Source: Prolixibacteraceae bacterium (GTDB lineage: Bacteria; Bacteroidota; Bacteroidia; Bacteroidales; Prolixibacteraceae). From it: a DNA stretch of 48,262 nt. A program made the translations under genes and the position numbers. Position 1 is the stretch's first letter. Each line of letters opens with the position of its first letter. This document shows positions 1 to 10,608 of the stretch, piece by piece. The stretch covers positions 1-48,262 of the forward strand of contig JAFGVJ010000142.1 of assembly GCA_016938055.1 (NCBI GenBank). Reading direction: 5' to 3'. A model generated the notes under the pieces. That model saw only the letters and a program-made list of their open reading frames with translations, had not been told where the DNA came from and did no database searches.

Positions 1-602
1 CCCGAAGGTACCGGACGTTTTTCATACTTCAAGGTAACAATGGTGTCCATACCACCGGCACAGCCAATGAACAATTCCCCTTCGTCTTCAGAATCGAGGT
101 TCAAAAGAATATTACCGCTCAGAAAACCTTCCTGCAAGGCAGAAGCACCAGTTAAGCCAGTTTCTTCATCTACTGTAAATAAAGCTTCAACTGGCCCGTG
201 TTTCAGATGATCGGAAGTTAAAACTGCCATGGCAGCTGCCATTCCAATGCCACAATCAGCACCCAGTGTTGTTCCCTCAGCCTTCACCCATTCGCCATCG
301 ATATAGGGTTTGATGGGATCTGTCAAAAAATTGTGCACTACATGGCTGTTTTTTTCACAAACCATATCGAGGTGCGACTGCAAAATCACAGTAGGTCGGT
401 TTTCGTAACCCGGGGTGGCTGCTTTTTTGATCAAAACATTGCCTGTAGGATCGACGGAATAGTCCAGCTGATTTTTAAGGGCAAATTGCTCCATAAAGGC
501 TATGATTTGAGCTTCTTTTTTCGATGGACGTGGTACCTGACAGATGTCTTCAAAATGGCTCCAAAGTACTTGGGGAGCTAAATGACTGATTTTTCTTTTC
601 AT
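1..602 (-). CDS. pepD: Aminoacyl-histidine (Xaa-His) dipeptidase, M20 family; 3' end runs off the window
   Basis: Manual translation from ATG at 602: MKRKISHLAPQVLWSHFEDICQVPRPSKKE...VILQSHLDMVCEK...GTTLGADCGIG...LFTVDEETGLTGA...LNLDSEDEGELFIGCAGG, which are PepD motifs. Absent from the ORF track because it is truncated. Confidence 0.92.
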   Translation of the reverse strand, partial: MKRKISHLAPQVLWSHFEDICQVPRPSKKEAQIIAFMEQFALKNQLDYSVDPTGNVLIKKAATPGYENRPTVILQSHLDMVCEKNSHVVHNFLTDPIKPYIDGEWVKAEGTTLGADCGIGMAAAMAVLTSDHLKHGPVEALFTVDEETGLTGASALQEGFLSGNILLNLDSEDEGELFIGCAGGMDTIVTLKYEKRPVPS

Positions 603-807
603 TATTGATTGATTTCAATGTTTTCCAAAAATAGATCGATGAAGATACAAACATCTGCAAAACATGCTTCATTTTCGATGCGAATTATCATTCAGCAATA
701 AGGATTGTTACAAGCAATAAAGGTTCAACTCAAAAAACAATCAAAATATTTCCTGTTTATAGCGGAAAGCACTTATTTTGAAAAGGGGTTTTTAAAGTGA
801 TACGACT

Positions 808-1245
808 ATGAAAAAGGGAATAAATATCATTGTACTGCTACTTGCTGTTTTATTGGCAAGTGCCAATCAGGGGATTGAAGGAAAATGGAAGACAATTGAT
901 GATGTAACCGGAGAAATTAAATCAATCGTTGAAATTACAATCAGAGACGGTAAAGCCTATGGAAGCGTTGTAAAACTTTTCAACGAAGATCCGGCTTATG
1001 ATCCGCCTTGCAAAGCTTGTAAAGGTGAATTGAAGAATCAAGGTATTCTTGGCTTACAAATTATCAACGGGCTCACTTTCTCAGAAGAAAAATGGGTAGG
1101 AAAAAAAGGAATCCTGGACCCTGACAATGGTAAAAAGTACTATTGCAAGCTTTGGATCGACGAAGAACACCCTAACAAACTCAATGTGCGTGGCTACATC
1201 TGGTTTTTTTATCGCTCTCAAACTTGGCTCCGCGAACCGAAATAA
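808..1245 (+). CDS. DUF2147-family secreted protein
   Basis: Signal peptide; GKWKTIDD, CxxC, ILDPDNGKKY, LNVRGYI and RSQTW motifs. Confidence 0.85.
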   Translation: MKKGINIIVLLLAVLLASANQGIEGKWKTIDDVTGEIKSIVEITIRDGKAYGSVVKLFNEDPAYDPPCKACKGELKNQGILGLQIINGLTFSEEKWVGKKGILDPDNGKKYYCKLWIDEEHPNKLNVRGYIWFFYRSQTWLREPK

Positions 1246-1317
1246 GCCCTGCTACCATTCAAATGACTGAAACTAAACACAGCAATTCACTGACTAACAT
1301 TAAAATACACGATTTTC

Positions 1318-2346
1318 ATGAATAAAAGAGGCTTTGCCAGCGACAACAATTCAGGTGTTCATCCAAATATACTGAAAGCACTCAGTGAAGTAAATCAGGG
1401 ACATGTGGTGGGATACGGCGGAGATTCCTATACCCAAAAAGCCACCGATAAATTCAGAGAAATTTTTGGTGAGGCGTGCGATGTTTATTTTGTTTTTAAT
1501 GGAACCGGGGCCAATGTTTTGGCTATCAATACCCTCTCCCACTCATTCCACGCAGTATTAGCGCCACATACCGCTCACATCGTAACAGACGAGTGTGGAG
1601 CACCTGAAAAGCTGACCGGGTGCAAGTTGATACCTATTTCAACATCCAACGGAAAAATTACACCCGAAATGCTTTCGAAGCACTTACATGGGTTTGGTTT
1701 TGAGCACCATTCGCAGCCTCATTTGGTCTCCATTTCACAGGTCACTGAACTTGGTACTGTATATACCAGGGATGAAATCAAAACACTTTGTGAATTGGCC
1801 CATCAACACAACATGTATGTTCACATGGATGGAGCTCGCATTGCCAATGCAGCTGTATCACTGGACTTGCCCTTTCGCGAATTTACCGTGGATGCAGGAA
1901 TTGATGTGCTTTCGTTTGGTGGTACCAAAAACGGCATGATGATGGGCGAAGCTGTGATTTTTTTTAACCCTGACCTATCGGAGCATGCCAAATACTTTCG
2001 GAAACAATCGGCCCAGCTCTTTTCAAAAATGCGCTATGTAAGCGCTCAATTTTTGGCTTACTTCGACAATGATTTATGGAAAAAAACAGCCAATCATGCC
2101 AATATGATGGCTAAAATACTTGAAATGGAGGTCCGCAAACTGGGTGTTGAGATTACCCAGGAAGTGCAGGCCAACGGTGTTTTTGCCATCATCCCCGATG
2201 CTGTCAGGGACGAATTACAAAAGCATTATTTCTTTTATCCCTGGGACGTAAACAGGCACGAAGTTCGTTGGATGACTTCCTTCGACACGGAAGAAACAGA
2301 CATTCATAATTTTTGCTCAAAATTGAAAGAATTGTTGAATGGCTAA
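1318..2346 (+). CDS. ltaE: Low-specificity L-threonine aldolase (PLP-dependent)
   Basis: FASDN, GTGAN, HMDGARIANA and SFGGTKNG (PLP lysine) motifs. Confidence 0.9.
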   Translation: MNKRGFASDNNSGVHPNILKALSEVNQGHVVGYGGDSYTQKATDKFREIFGEACDVYFVFNGTGANVLAINTLSHSFHAVLAPHTAHIVTDECGAPEKLTGCKLIPISTSNGKITPEMLSKHLHGFGFEHHSQPHLVSISQVTELGTVYTRDEIKTLCELAHQHNMYVHMDGARIANAAVSLDLPFREFTVDAGIDVLSFGGTKNGMMMGEAVIFFNPDLSEHAKYFRKQSAQLFSKMRYVSAQFLAYFDNDLWKKTANHANMMAKILEMEVRKLGVEITQEVQANGVFAIIPDAVRDELQKHYFFYPWDVNRHEVRWMTSFDTEETDIHNFCSKLKELLNG

Positions 2347-3076
2347 ACTCACTTTCAGATATTATCCCCAACCCATCACACCCGAACAGGCTGCACTGGA
2401 AAAGAAAATTTTCAGGTACAGCCTGGTGGTTCCCCTACTGTTTATTGTACTGATTTGGCTGGTGAAACTGTCTGAATTAATGCTGGATATCCGTCTCACT
2501 GAATGGGGTATGTATCCCCGTCATGCCAAAGGGTTGATAGGTATACTGACTTCTCCCCTGATTCACGCCGATTTAAAACATCTGATTGGTAATTCCAGCT
2601 CTTTTCTGGTATTGGCAACAGCTTTGTTTTTCTTTTACCGCGAAATGGCATTCCGCATTTTCTGGCTCAACTATTTGCTTTCCGGAATCTTGCTCTGGTT
2701 AGGAGGTAGAGCCAACTGGCACATTGGCGCAAGCGGGATAGTTTATGGGATGGCGGCCTTCCTTTTTCTATCGGGAATATTTAGAAAAGACAGCCGATTG
2801 CTCACTATCTCTCTGATAGTAACCTTTCTGTATGGCAGTTTTATTTGGGGATTGCTCCCACTCGAAGAAGGCATTTCATGGGACGGTCACCTCATGGGTG
2901 CGGTATCAGGGACAGTACTTGCACTCATTTTCTACAAATATGGTCCTCCAAGGAGAAAATTTGAATGGGAAGATGAACCTGAAGATGAAGAAGATAACAC
3001 ACCAGCAGTACTTATCGAAAGCGAAGATGAAAGTGAACATCCCCGTGAAACTGAAAGCAGAGCTGATAAACAATAG
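2339..3076 (+). CDS. Rhomboid-family intramembrane serine protease
   Basis: Several TM helices, HxxxxHLxxN, GASG catalytic Ser and SWDGH catalytic His; acidic C-terminal tail; overlaps the ltaE stop by 8 nt. Confidence 0.88.
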   Translation: MAKLTFRYYPQPITPEQAALEKKIFRYSLVVPLLFIVLIWLVKLSELMLDIRLTEWGMYPRHAKGLIGILTSPLIHADLKHLIGNSSSFLVLATALFFFYREMAFRIFWLNYLLSGILLWLGGRANWHIGASGIVYGMAAFLFLSGIFRKDSRLLTISLIVTFLYGSFIWGLLPLEEGISWDGHLMGAVSGTVLALIFYKYGPPRRKFEWEDEPEDEEDNTPAVLIESEDESEHPRETESRADKQ

Positions 3077-3134
3077 GGCGTGTTAACAAATTATTATTCC
3101 ATCATTGCCCAGGTTGATACTGTCAAAAAAAACG

Positions 3135-3142
3135 TACTTTTG
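3135..3142 (+). promoter_or_regulatory. Bacteroidota housekeeping-sigma -7 element (TACTTTTG) for nusB
   Basis: Exact TAnnTTTG match 26 nt upstream of the nusB ATG. Confidence 0.65.
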
Positions 3143-3168
3143 CAGCAAATCATAAAAAGTTCTTTTGA

Positions 3169-4128
3169 ATGATCAGTCGTCGAATTATCAGGATTAAAGT
3201 GATGCAAGCGCTCTACGCTTTTCACTCTTCACCCGATCAGACCATTAACCTGGCTGAAAAAGAGTTGTTTTTCAGTATCAATAAATCGTACGATTTGTAC
3301 CACTGGATGCTTCAGTTACTAGTCGAAATCCATCAGTTTTCGCTCGAAAGGCTTGAAATCAAAAAGCAAAAAAATTTGCCAACAAGCGATGATCTCAATC
3401 CCAATACCCGGTTTATTGAAAATCCAATCATCCTGAAAATCATTGAAAATAAACCCTTACAAAAATACCTTGAACAATCGAAACTCAGTTGGCACGATTA
3501 CCCGGAACTGATCAAAAAACTTCATACAGAACTAATTGAATCAGAGCAATATACCAGCTACATGTCATCGGCCAACCATACATTAAAGGACGATTACAAC
3601 CTGATTGAATACTTTTATGCCAATATTGTGGTACAATCGGAAGATTTGTATCAATTACTTGAAGAACAAAGTATTTACTGGAACGACGATCTCGAATTTG
3701 TGGCCAGTATGATCATCAAAACCTTGCGGAAGTTTAAGCTTTCGACCTTGCCTACCAAAAGTTTGATGCCGCTTTTTAAAGACGAGGACGACATAGATTT
3801 CACCAAAAAGCTCTTCCGAAAAGCAGTTTTAAACACTGAAGAACACCGTGAAATTATCAAGAAACACCTAAGAAACTGGGAACTCGATCGTGTAGCTTTC
3901 ATTGATGTGCTGATCATGGAAATGGCATTGTGCGAGTTTTTGTATTTTAACTCCATCCCTACCAAAGTATCGCTTAACGAATACATCGATTTGGCAAAGT
4001 TTTACAGCACCACCAAGAGTAGAACCTTCATCAATGGGATTCTGGATAAAATTTTAAAAAGTTTAAAAGAAGAAGGACAAATCACAAAGATTGGCCGTGG
4101 ACTGGTGGGTGAAGATGATGCACTTTGA
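3169..4128 (+). CDS. nusB: Transcription antitermination factor NusB, Bacteroidota long form
   Basis: MISRRIIRIKVMQALYA N-terminus; C-terminal WELDRVAFID...NEYIDLAKFYST...FINGILD. Confidence 0.93.
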   Translation: MISRRIIRIKVMQALYAFHSSPDQTINLAEKELFFSINKSYDLYHWMLQLLVEIHQFSLERLEIKKQKNLPTSDDLNPNTRFIENPIILKIIENKPLQKYLEQSKLSWHDYPELIKKLHTELIESEQYTSYMSSANHTLKDDYNLIEYFYANIVVQSEDLYQLLEEQSIYWNDDLEFVASMIIKTLRKFKLSTLPTKSLMPLFKDEDDIDFTKKLFRKAVLNTEEHREIIKKHLRNWELDRVAFIDVLIMEMALCEFLYFNSIPTKVSLNEYIDLAKFYSTTKSRTFINGILDKILKSLKEEGQITKIGRGLVGEDDAL

Positions 4129-4206
4129 TGCTCATTTCATAGAAAAGAAAACAAAAAGAATGTATATATTGCGACCTCAGAAAAAATAATTTTTAACAAT
4201 AAGCAT

Positions 4207-4536
4207 ATGAATTACTTCAACTACATTTTAATGGCACAGCCCGCCGATGGTGCTGAAACCAATCCGCTGGGTATGTTTCTTCCCCTGATCGCCATCCTGG
4301 TTATTTTCTGGGTATTCATGATCAGACCTCAGGCCAAAAGACAAAAAGAACTGAGAAAATTCCGCGAATCTTTGCAAAAAGGAGATAAGGTGATTACCAC
4401 TGGTGGAATTTACGGTAAAATTGTTAGCGTGAAAGACAACCTGGTAGTGATGCAGGTTGATGAAAATACCGCGTTAACTGTAGATAAGTCAAGTATCATC
4501 AAAGACGTTACCGACTTACAGCAACCGCAAAAATAA
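4207..4536 (+). CDS. yajC: Preprotein translocase subunit YajC
   Basis: Single TM, FMIRPQ and LQKGDKVITTGGIYGKI motifs. Confidence 0.95.
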   Translation: MNYFNYILMAQPADGAETNPLGMFLPLIAILVIFWVFMIRPQAKRQKELRKFRESLQKGDKVITTGGIYGKIVSVKDNLVVMQVDENTALTVDKSSIIKDVTDLQQPQK

Positions 4537-4542
4537 AGAAGG

Positions 4543-4570
4543 AAGAAGGGAAAGCCCTTCTTTTTTCTTT
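4543..4570 (+). terminator. Intrinsic terminator after yajC
   Basis: AAGAAGGG-AAAG-CCCTTCTT hairpin followed by a T tract. Confidence 0.7.
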
Positions 4571-4607
4571 CACTGAATGATTACCTTTACACAAATATTT
4601 TTTAAAG

Positions 4608-5612
4608 GTGATAAAAGAATACCTCAATCGAAACAGGCGTTTGCTGCGAAACTTTAACCTCAAAAAAAATAATCGTCCGCTCATTTTTTTTGTGTGTTTC
4701 ATGATTGCAACTGCGCTTTGGCTGGTGAATGCCATGGGTAAGCGGTATGAAACGGTCATTTCAATGCCGATACACTATACCAAATTGCCACCCAACAAAG
4801 TCCTGGTAAAAGCACCTCCATCGTCTATCGAAATCAAAATGGAAGCTACTGGTTTTACCTTGCTGCGCCATCAAATCAAGCTTACCATCAATCCGCTCAA
4901 TTTTAATGTAATGGCCTTCACTAATAACATGATGGTCAAACCAGGCCAGTCCTTTTTTAAAGTTGGATCTGATCAGTTTTTGCCTCAATTTTCAAGGCAG
5001 GTGAGTTCTGAAATCAAATTGATCGATATTAGTCCGGACTCACTGGAATTTGAATTTGATCTGGTGGTGAATGAGCTCAAACCCGTTTCTCAACTCTTTG
5101 AACTTCAATTTGAAAATCAATATTTCCTATACGATTCAATCACCTTTACACCAGATTCTGTCATGGTAAATGGCCCCAAAAGCCTTGTATCAAGTATCGA
5201 TAAGGTGTATGCAAAGCCGCTGAAATTTAAAAAACTCAATACCAGTCTTGAAAAAATTGTAACACTCGAAAGCATTGACCAATTAGACATTTTTCCCCGG
5301 AAAGTAACTGTAAAAATTCCGGTTTCGCAGTATACCGAATACAACGAAAAGATTATTGTTTCAAAATTCAATGTTCCCGATTCACTGAACCTTGTAACCT
5401 TACCCGGTAAAATTGATGTCAATTGTCTGGTGGCGCTCACCGATTTTAAAAGCATATCGCCAACAAGTTTCATTATTGGAGTAGATTACAATGACCTTCA
5501 GGCAGATCGGCAGGTACTGCCTTTAAAAATATACAGTCATCCGGCTCACGTTAAAATGTTGAAAATTTCTCCTGTTGAAGTCAAATACCTCATTGAAAGA
5601 AAACATGATTAA
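4608..5612 (+). CDS. YbbR/CdaR-like domain membrane protein
   Basis: N-terminal TM (IFFVCFMIATALWL), PDSVMVNGP YbbR-type motif, usual position between yajC and coaE; GTG start. Confidence 0.75.
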   Translation: MIKEYLNRNRRLLRNFNLKKNNRPLIFFVCFMIATALWLVNAMGKRYETVISMPIHYTKLPPNKVLVKAPPSSIEIKMEATGFTLLRHQIKLTINPLNFNVMAFTNNMMVKPGQSFFKVGSDQFLPQFSRQVSSEIKLIDISPDSLEFEFDLVVNELKPVSQLFELQFENQYFLYDSITFTPDSVMVNGPKSLVSSIDKVYAKPLKFKKLNTSLEKIVTLESIDQLDIFPRKVTVKIPVSQYTEYNEKIIVSKFNVPDSLNLVTLPGKIDVNCLVALTDFKSISPTSFIIGVDYNDLQADRQVLPLKIYSHPAHVKMLKISPVEVKYLIERKHD

Positions 5613-6201
5613 AGTGGCGGTAACCGGGGGCATTGGGTCTGGAAAAAGTGTGGTTTGTAAAGTATTTGATCATTTGGGAATCCCAGTTTTTAATGCCGAC
5701 ACCGAGGCGAAACGACTCATGGATGCTGATCAAACCATCAAACATTCACTGGTTACAATGTTCGGTTCGGCAATTTATCGACCCAACGGGTACATTGACC
5801 GAAAAAAACTGGCAAACATCATCTTCAATGATGAGCTTGCGCTTCAAAATGTGAATCATTTGATACATCCGGCAGTTTATCAGTCATTTCTGACTTGGGC
5901 TGAAAAACAAATGACATCATACGTGATTCAGGAAGCGGCCATTGTATTTGAAAATGATCATCAACATCTTTTTGATCAGGTTGTTACTGTTATTGCACCC
6001 CATGATTTAAAGATTGAACGATGTGTACAACGCGATCACAGTTCACGGGATGCTGTACTGGAAAGAATGCGCAATCAGTTGCCTGATGAATATAAAATTG
6101 AAAGGTCAGCCTATGTCATCAACAATGACGAACAACATTTAATGTTACCTCAAATATTACAAATACATAAAGAGCTATTGAATTATGGCAAAGTTTGGTA
6201 A
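5605..6201 (+). CDS. coaE: Dephospho-CoA kinase
   Basis: VAVTGGIGSGKS P-loop, IDRKKLA and IHPAV motifs; start moved to the ATG at 5605. Confidence 0.95.
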   Translation: MIKVAVTGGIGSGKSVVCKVFDHLGIPVFNADTEAKRLMDADQTIKHSLVTMFGSAIYRPNGYIDRKKLANIIFNDELALQNVNHLIHPAVYQSFLTWAEKQMTSYVIQEAAIVFENDHQHLFDQVVTVIAPHDLKIERCVQRDHSSRDAVLERMRNQLPDEYKIERSAYVINNDEQHLMLPQILQIHKELLNYGKVW

Positions 6202-6928
6202 ATGGATTGGTGCTGGCCTGGGATTTGCAGGAGCCGGTCCACTTGGTGCAATTATTGGTTTTGTAATTGGATCGGCTTTCGACAGCGGTTCAAAATCGAG
6301 AATTCAGGATCCTTATGCCCATACTCAAACCAGTTCACGCAGACCCACTACCGGTGGCTATGCCATGAGCTTATTGGTGTTGGTGGCAGCAGTTATGAAA
6401 GCCGATGGAAAGTCATTAAAGTCGGAACTCAACTATGTAAGGGAATTCTTTGTGCGCAATTTCGGAGAAGATTCTGCAACAGAAGCCCTCAAATTGTTAC
6501 GTGATTTGCTGCAACAAAACATTCCCGTAAGGGATGTAAGTATTCAAATCAGTCAGAACATGGATTATTCTTCACGTTTGCAGCTAATGCATTTTTTGTT
6601 TGGAATTGCCAATGCCGATGGTGAAGTCCATCCTGAAGAATTGAAAGTGATTGCGTTCATTGGCGTAAACATGAATATAAGTCAGAAAGATTATGAATCC
6701 ATCAAATCAATGTTCATCAGAAATACCGATTCATCCTATAAAATTCTGGAAATTGAGCCCTCTGCAAGCGACGAAGAAGTTAAAAAGGCTTACAGAACCA
6801 TGGCCATGAAGTACCATCCCGATAAAGTCAGTTATTTGGGAGAAGAATTTCAACATGCTGCCAAGGAAAAATTTCAGAAAGTGAATGAAGCATACGAAGA
6901 GATTAAGAAAAGCAGAAAAATTGCTTAA
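6185..6928 (+). CDS. djlA: DjlA-like co-chaperone (TerB-like domain plus C-terminal J domain)
   Basis: N-terminal Gly-rich TM segment, ADG motifs, J-domain YHPDK. Confidence 0.82.
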   Translation: MAKFGKWIGAGLGFAGAGPLGAIIGFVIGSAFDSGSKSRIQDPYAHTQTSSRRPTTGGYAMSLLVLVAAVMKADGKSLKSELNYVREFFVRNFGEDSATEALKLLRDLLQQNIPVRDVSIQISQNMDYSSRLQLMHFLFGIANADGEVHPEELKVIAFIGVNMNISQKDYESIKSMFIRNTDSSYKILEIEPSASDEEVKKAYRTMAMKYHPDKVSYLGEEFQHAAKEKFQKVNEAYEEIKKSRKIA

Positions 6929-6951
6929 AAGGGGCACTGTATCTTCCAGAT

Positions 6952-6987
6952 AAAAAAAAAGACCGCTGAAATGCGGTCTTTTTTTTT
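6952..6987. terminator. Bidirectional intrinsic terminator between convergent djlA and DUF3276 genes
   Basis: A9-GACCGC-TGAAAT-GCGGTC-T9. Confidence 0.9.
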
Positions 6988-7351
6988 ATCTGCTTAAATC
7001 TTCAAATTCTATGTTTGTATACTCCACCCCTGCTTCCTGATCGTCTTCATCAGCTATGTAAGGCTGATTCTCCCTGATATAATCAATGATCTCATTCAAT
7101 CCTTCCGAGAATTTGTCAAAATCTTCTTTGTAAAGAAAAATTTTATGTTTTTCATAATAGGCATTACCCCCTGAATCAGTGCGCTTTTTACTTTCGGTGA
7201 TGGTCAAATAATATTCATTACGGCGAGTGGCTTTTACATCAAAAAAATAAGTCCGTTTTCCGGCCCTTACTGCTTTAGAAAAAACTTCTTCCCTGAATTT
7301 ACTACCGTCGAAGGCCTCATTATCTATCAATTCATCATTTTCAAGGCTCAT
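6986..7351 (-). CDS. DUF3276 family PUR-like nucleic-acid-binding protein
   Basis: FSKAVRAGKRTYFFDVK, YLTITESKK and EKHKIFLYKEDF motifs; TATATTTG -7 box at 7380-7387 (-). Confidence 0.88.
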   Translation of the reverse strand: MSLENDELIDNEAFDGSKFREEVFSKAVRAGKRTYFFDVKATRRNEYYLTITESKKRTDSGGNAYYEKHKIFLYKEDFDKFSEGLNEIIDYIRENQPYIADEDDQEAGVEYTNIEFEDLSR

Positions 7352-7445
7352 AATATCATTGTTAGTATCGGTTAGGCTTCAAATATATAAAAAAAAATAT
7401 AAAATGGTGATTTTAAGCTCAACCGATCACCTATTTTACATGTGA

Positions 7446-8240
7446 TTATGGCTTATACTGTTCCATTTCGGGTAGTATCTTTTTAAGTGCCTCTACCCTT
7501 TTGGAATCAATTGGGTGTGAACTCAGAAATTCAGGGATCGAAGGACCATTAAGAGCTGCCATTCGTTCCCAAAAAGCGATGGCTTCGTTTGGGTCATAAC
7601 CGGCCATGGTAAGAAAAATTAATCCCATCTTGTCCGATTCATATTCTTGCTTGCGGGAAAAAGGGAGCATCACGCCAACCTGAGTTCCAATGCCAAATGC
7701 ACTCAGAAAAATGGATCGCGTTTTTTCAGGTTCTTGTTGAAGGGCAACATCCAGGGCCATTCCTCCAAACTGGGCAACCAACCCGTGGCTCATACGTTCA
7801 TTTCCATGCCTGGCAACAGCATGGGCAATTTCATGACCCATCACAACTGCAACACCATGTTCAGTTCTGCAAATGGGTAAAATGCCATCGTAAAACACTA
7901 CTTTTCCACCAGGCATACACCAAGCATTGGGTGTTTCATTTTTTACCAGGTTAAATTCCCAGTTGAATTGATTCACCCTGTCGGCCATGTTGTTGTGAGT
8001 CAAAAATTTCTCAACAGCTCGGGAGATGCGAAGGCCGGTGTTGCGCACCATTTGAAGTTGAGCGCCGGAAGTGTATACATTTGATGTATCAAGAAACTGC
8101 TTGTAACTTGTTAAACTCAGTGCAACCATTTGGGATTCAGGCACCAGATTCAGTTGCTTACGACCAATAATGGGTATTGTACTACAGGCAACAAGCACAA
8201 AACTGATCAGCAACAGCCAATAAAATGTTAGTTGTTTCAT
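7446..8240 (-). CDS. M48-family zinc metallopeptidase lipoprotein
   Basis: Lipobox LVAC; NAWCMPGGK, HEIAH, EYESD and SHP motifs. Confidence 0.9.
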   Translation of the reverse strand: MKQLTFYWLLLISFVLVACSTIPIIGRKQLNLVPESQMVALSLTSYKQFLDTSNVYTSGAQLQMVRNTGLRISRAVEKFLTHNNMADRVNQFNWEFNLVKNETPNAWCMPGGKVVFYDGILPICRTEHGVAVVMGHEIAHAVARHGNERMSHGLVAQFGGMALDVALQQEPEKTRSIFLSAFGIGTQVGVMLPFSRKQEYESDKMGLIFLTMAGYDPNEAIAFWERMAALNGPSIPEFLSSHPIDSKRVEALKKILPEMEQYKP

Positions 8241-8258
8241 TTCGTCAGAAATTAAATT

Positions 8259-8283
8259 AAAAAATCCCGACAGATGCGGGATT
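8259..8283 (-). terminator. Probable intrinsic terminator after folD
   Basis: AATCCCG/CGGGATT stem with a T tract on the minus strand. Confidence 0.5.
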
Positions 8284-8294
8284 CGAAGTTACAA

Positions 8295-9164
8295 CTATAT
8301 TTGTTTGCTTGCTGCCAGTAAAGTATTTTTTAACAGTGCAACCCTTGTCATAGGTCCAACACCTCCGGGAACGGGTGTAATGTAAGAGCATTTGGGTGCA
8401 ACTTCGTCAAAACAAACATCACCTTTCAACCTGAACCCGCTTTTGGTGTCGGTAGCAGGAACCCTGGTGGTACCAACATCAATCACCACAGCTCCTTCCT
8501 TCACCATGTCACCTTTCACAAATTCGGGCGATCCAATAGCCGCAATCAGAATGTCGGCCGAAGCACAAACTTCTTTCAAGTTTTTGGTGCGGCTATGGGC
8601 TACGGTAACCGTGGTGTTCATGGCTTTTTGTGACATCAGTATGCTCATGGGCCGACCAACGATGTTACTCCTACCGAGTACTACGCAGTTTTTGCCTGAA
8701 GTTTCGATGCCATATCGGGTCAGCAATTCTACAATCCCATCGGGAGTAGCCGATACAAACGAAGGTAAGCCTATCACCATCCGGCCCACATTGACTGGGT
8801 GAAAGCCGTCTACATCTTTTTGGGGGTCAATGGCTTCGATTACTTTTTGCTCTGAAATGTGCTTGGGTAAAGGCAGCTGAACAATGAAACCATCCACATC
8901 GTCATCGTTGTTCAGTTGTTTAACGCGGTCCAGCAACTCATCTTCAGTAACCTGATCTTCAAAACGGTGCAACGATGATTTGAACCCAACTTCTTCACAG
9001 TCTTTGATTTTGAAAGCCACATAAGTTTCACTGCCTCCATCGTGTCCCACAAGAATCGCTGCCAAGTGCGGGATTTTTCCACCCTGGGCATTGATGTTTC
9101 GAACTTTTTCGGCAATCTCCAACTTAATTTCCTGGGCAATTTTTTTGCCGTCAATGAGTATCAT
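8295..9164 (-). CDS. folD: Bifunctional methylenetetrahydrofolate dehydrogenase/cyclohydrolase
   Basis: [21 protein letters not shown] and [12 protein letters not shown] motifs. Confidence 0.97.
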   Translation of the reverse strand: MILIDGKKIAQEIKLEIAEKVRNINAQGGKIPHLAAILVGHDGGSETYVAFKIKDCEEVGFKSSLHRFEDQVTEDELLDRVKQLNNDDDVDGFIVQLPLPKHISEQKVIEAIDPQKDVDGFHPVNVGRMVIGLPSFVSATPDGIVELLTRYGIETSGKNCVVLGRSNIVGRPMSILMSQKAMNTTVTVAHSRTKNLKEVCASADILIAAIGSPEFVKGDMVKEGAVVIDVGTTRVPATDTKSGFRLKGDVCFDEVAPKCSYITPVPGGVGPMTRVALLKNTLLAASKQI

Positions 9165-9181
9165 GCGATTGATTTTAATGA

Positions 9182-10507
9182 TTAATGACGAAATCCGCGG
9201 CCCGGATTACCAATCCGTTTGCCACTGGCCACCAATTTCATCATTTTTCGGGTTTCAGTAAATTGTTTCAGTAATCGGTTCACTTCCTGGATCGAGGTTC
9301 CTGAACCTTCTGCTATACGTTTTCGGCGCGAACCATTCAGTAACGATGGATCTTCTCTTTCGTTATGGGTCATTGAATAAATAATGGCCTCGATGTGTTT
9401 GAACGCATCATCTTCAATTTCAACATCCTTCAGTACTTTCCCCATCCCGGGAATCATGCCGGCCAGATCTTTCAGGTTACCCATTTTTTTCACCTGATTG
9501 ATTTGTTTTAAAAAGTCGTTGAAATTGAATTGATCTTTGGCCAGCTTTCGCTGCAAACGCTGTGCTTCTTCAACATCGAATTGCTCCTGTGCTTTTTCAA
9601 CCAGAGAAACAATGTCACCCATGCCCAGAATACGGTCGGCCATCCTGGATGGATGGAAAACATCGAGTGCATCCATTTTCTCACCGGTTCCCACAAATTT
9701 GATGGGTTTGTTTACCACAGCCCTGATCGACAAAGCCGCACCGCCTCGTGTATCACCATCAAGTTTGGTGAGCACCACGCCATCAAAATCCAAACGATCG
9801 TTGAATTCACGGGCAGTATTCACAGCATCCTGACCAGTCATGGAATCCACTACAAAGAGAATTTCCTGGGGAGTAATCGCTTTTTTGATCGCAGCGATTT
9901 CATTCATCATCTGTTCATCTACTGCCAATCGACCAGCGGTATCAACTATGACCAGGTTATTCCCCATTCGCTTGGCCTGAGCAACTGCTGCTTTGGCAAT
10001 GGCTACAGGATCGAGATTTCCATCTTCGGTATAAACAGGAATATTAATTTGCTCACCTAATATTTTCAACTGCTCAATAGCTGCCGGGCGGTATACATCA
10101 CCTGCAACCAAAAGTGGGTTACGACCTTTCTTTTCTTTCAGGTACTTAGCCAGTTTTCCTGTAAAGGTTGTTTTACCCGATCCTTGTAAACCAGCAATCA
10201 GGATAACAGACGGATTGCCGGCCAAATTGACTTCAACAGCCGAGGAACCCATCAGTTCGGCCAGTTCATCGTGCACAATTTTCACCATCATCTGACCAGG
10301 ATTGATGGTAGTTAGTACATTCTGTCCCAGCGCTTTCTGTTTCACTGTATCCGTGAAATTCTTGGCAATCTTAAAATTGACATCAGCATCGAGCAGTGCG
10401 CGACGAACTTCTTTCAACGATTCAGCCACATTGATCTCGGTAATCTTTCCGTGGCCTTTTAATATTTTAAACGAGCGTTCAAGCTTCTCACTCAGATTTT
10501 CAAACAT
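9182..10507 (-). CDS. ffh: Signal recognition particle protein
   Basis: [20 protein letters not shown] and Met-rich M domain ([11 protein letters not shown]); TATTTTTG -7 box at 10535-10542 (-). Confidence 0.97.
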   Translation of the reverse strand: MFENLSEKLERSFKILKGHGKITEINVAESLKEVRRALLDADVNFKIAKNFTDTVKQKALGQNVLTTINPGQMMVKIVHDELAELMGSSAVEVNLAGNPSVILIAGLQGSGKTTFTGKLAKYLKEKKGRNPLLVAGDVYRPAAIEQLKILGEQINIPVYTEDGNLDPVAIAKAAVAQAKRMGNNLVIVDTAGRLAVDEQMMNEIAAIKKAITPQEILFVVDSMTGQDAVNTAREFNDRLDFDGVVLTKLDGDTRGGAALSIRAVVNKPIKFVGTGEKMDALDVFHPSRMADRILGMGDIVSLVEKAQEQFDVEEAQRLQRKLAKDQFNFNDFLKQINQVKKMGNLKDLAGMIPGMGKVLKDVEIEDDAFKHIEAIIYSMTHNEREDPSLLNGSRRKRIAEGSGTSIQEVNRLLKQFTETRKMMKLVASGKRIGNPGRGFRH

Positions 10508-10608
10508 TTTGCTTCATTTTTGTTTTGAGTGCTGCAAAAATAAAAAAATTGACCGGAATGATCATGATTTTATGATTTTATCAGGCTGAAATCAGAGGTG
10601 GTCAAAAT

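Noticed and set aside
333-581. 82-aa plus-strand ORF, and the many other short antisense or alternate-frame ORFs in the track (e.g. 9530-10060, 21076-21504, 36721-37167)
   Set aside because: They are shadow ORFs overlapping well-supported genes and have no recognisable motifs
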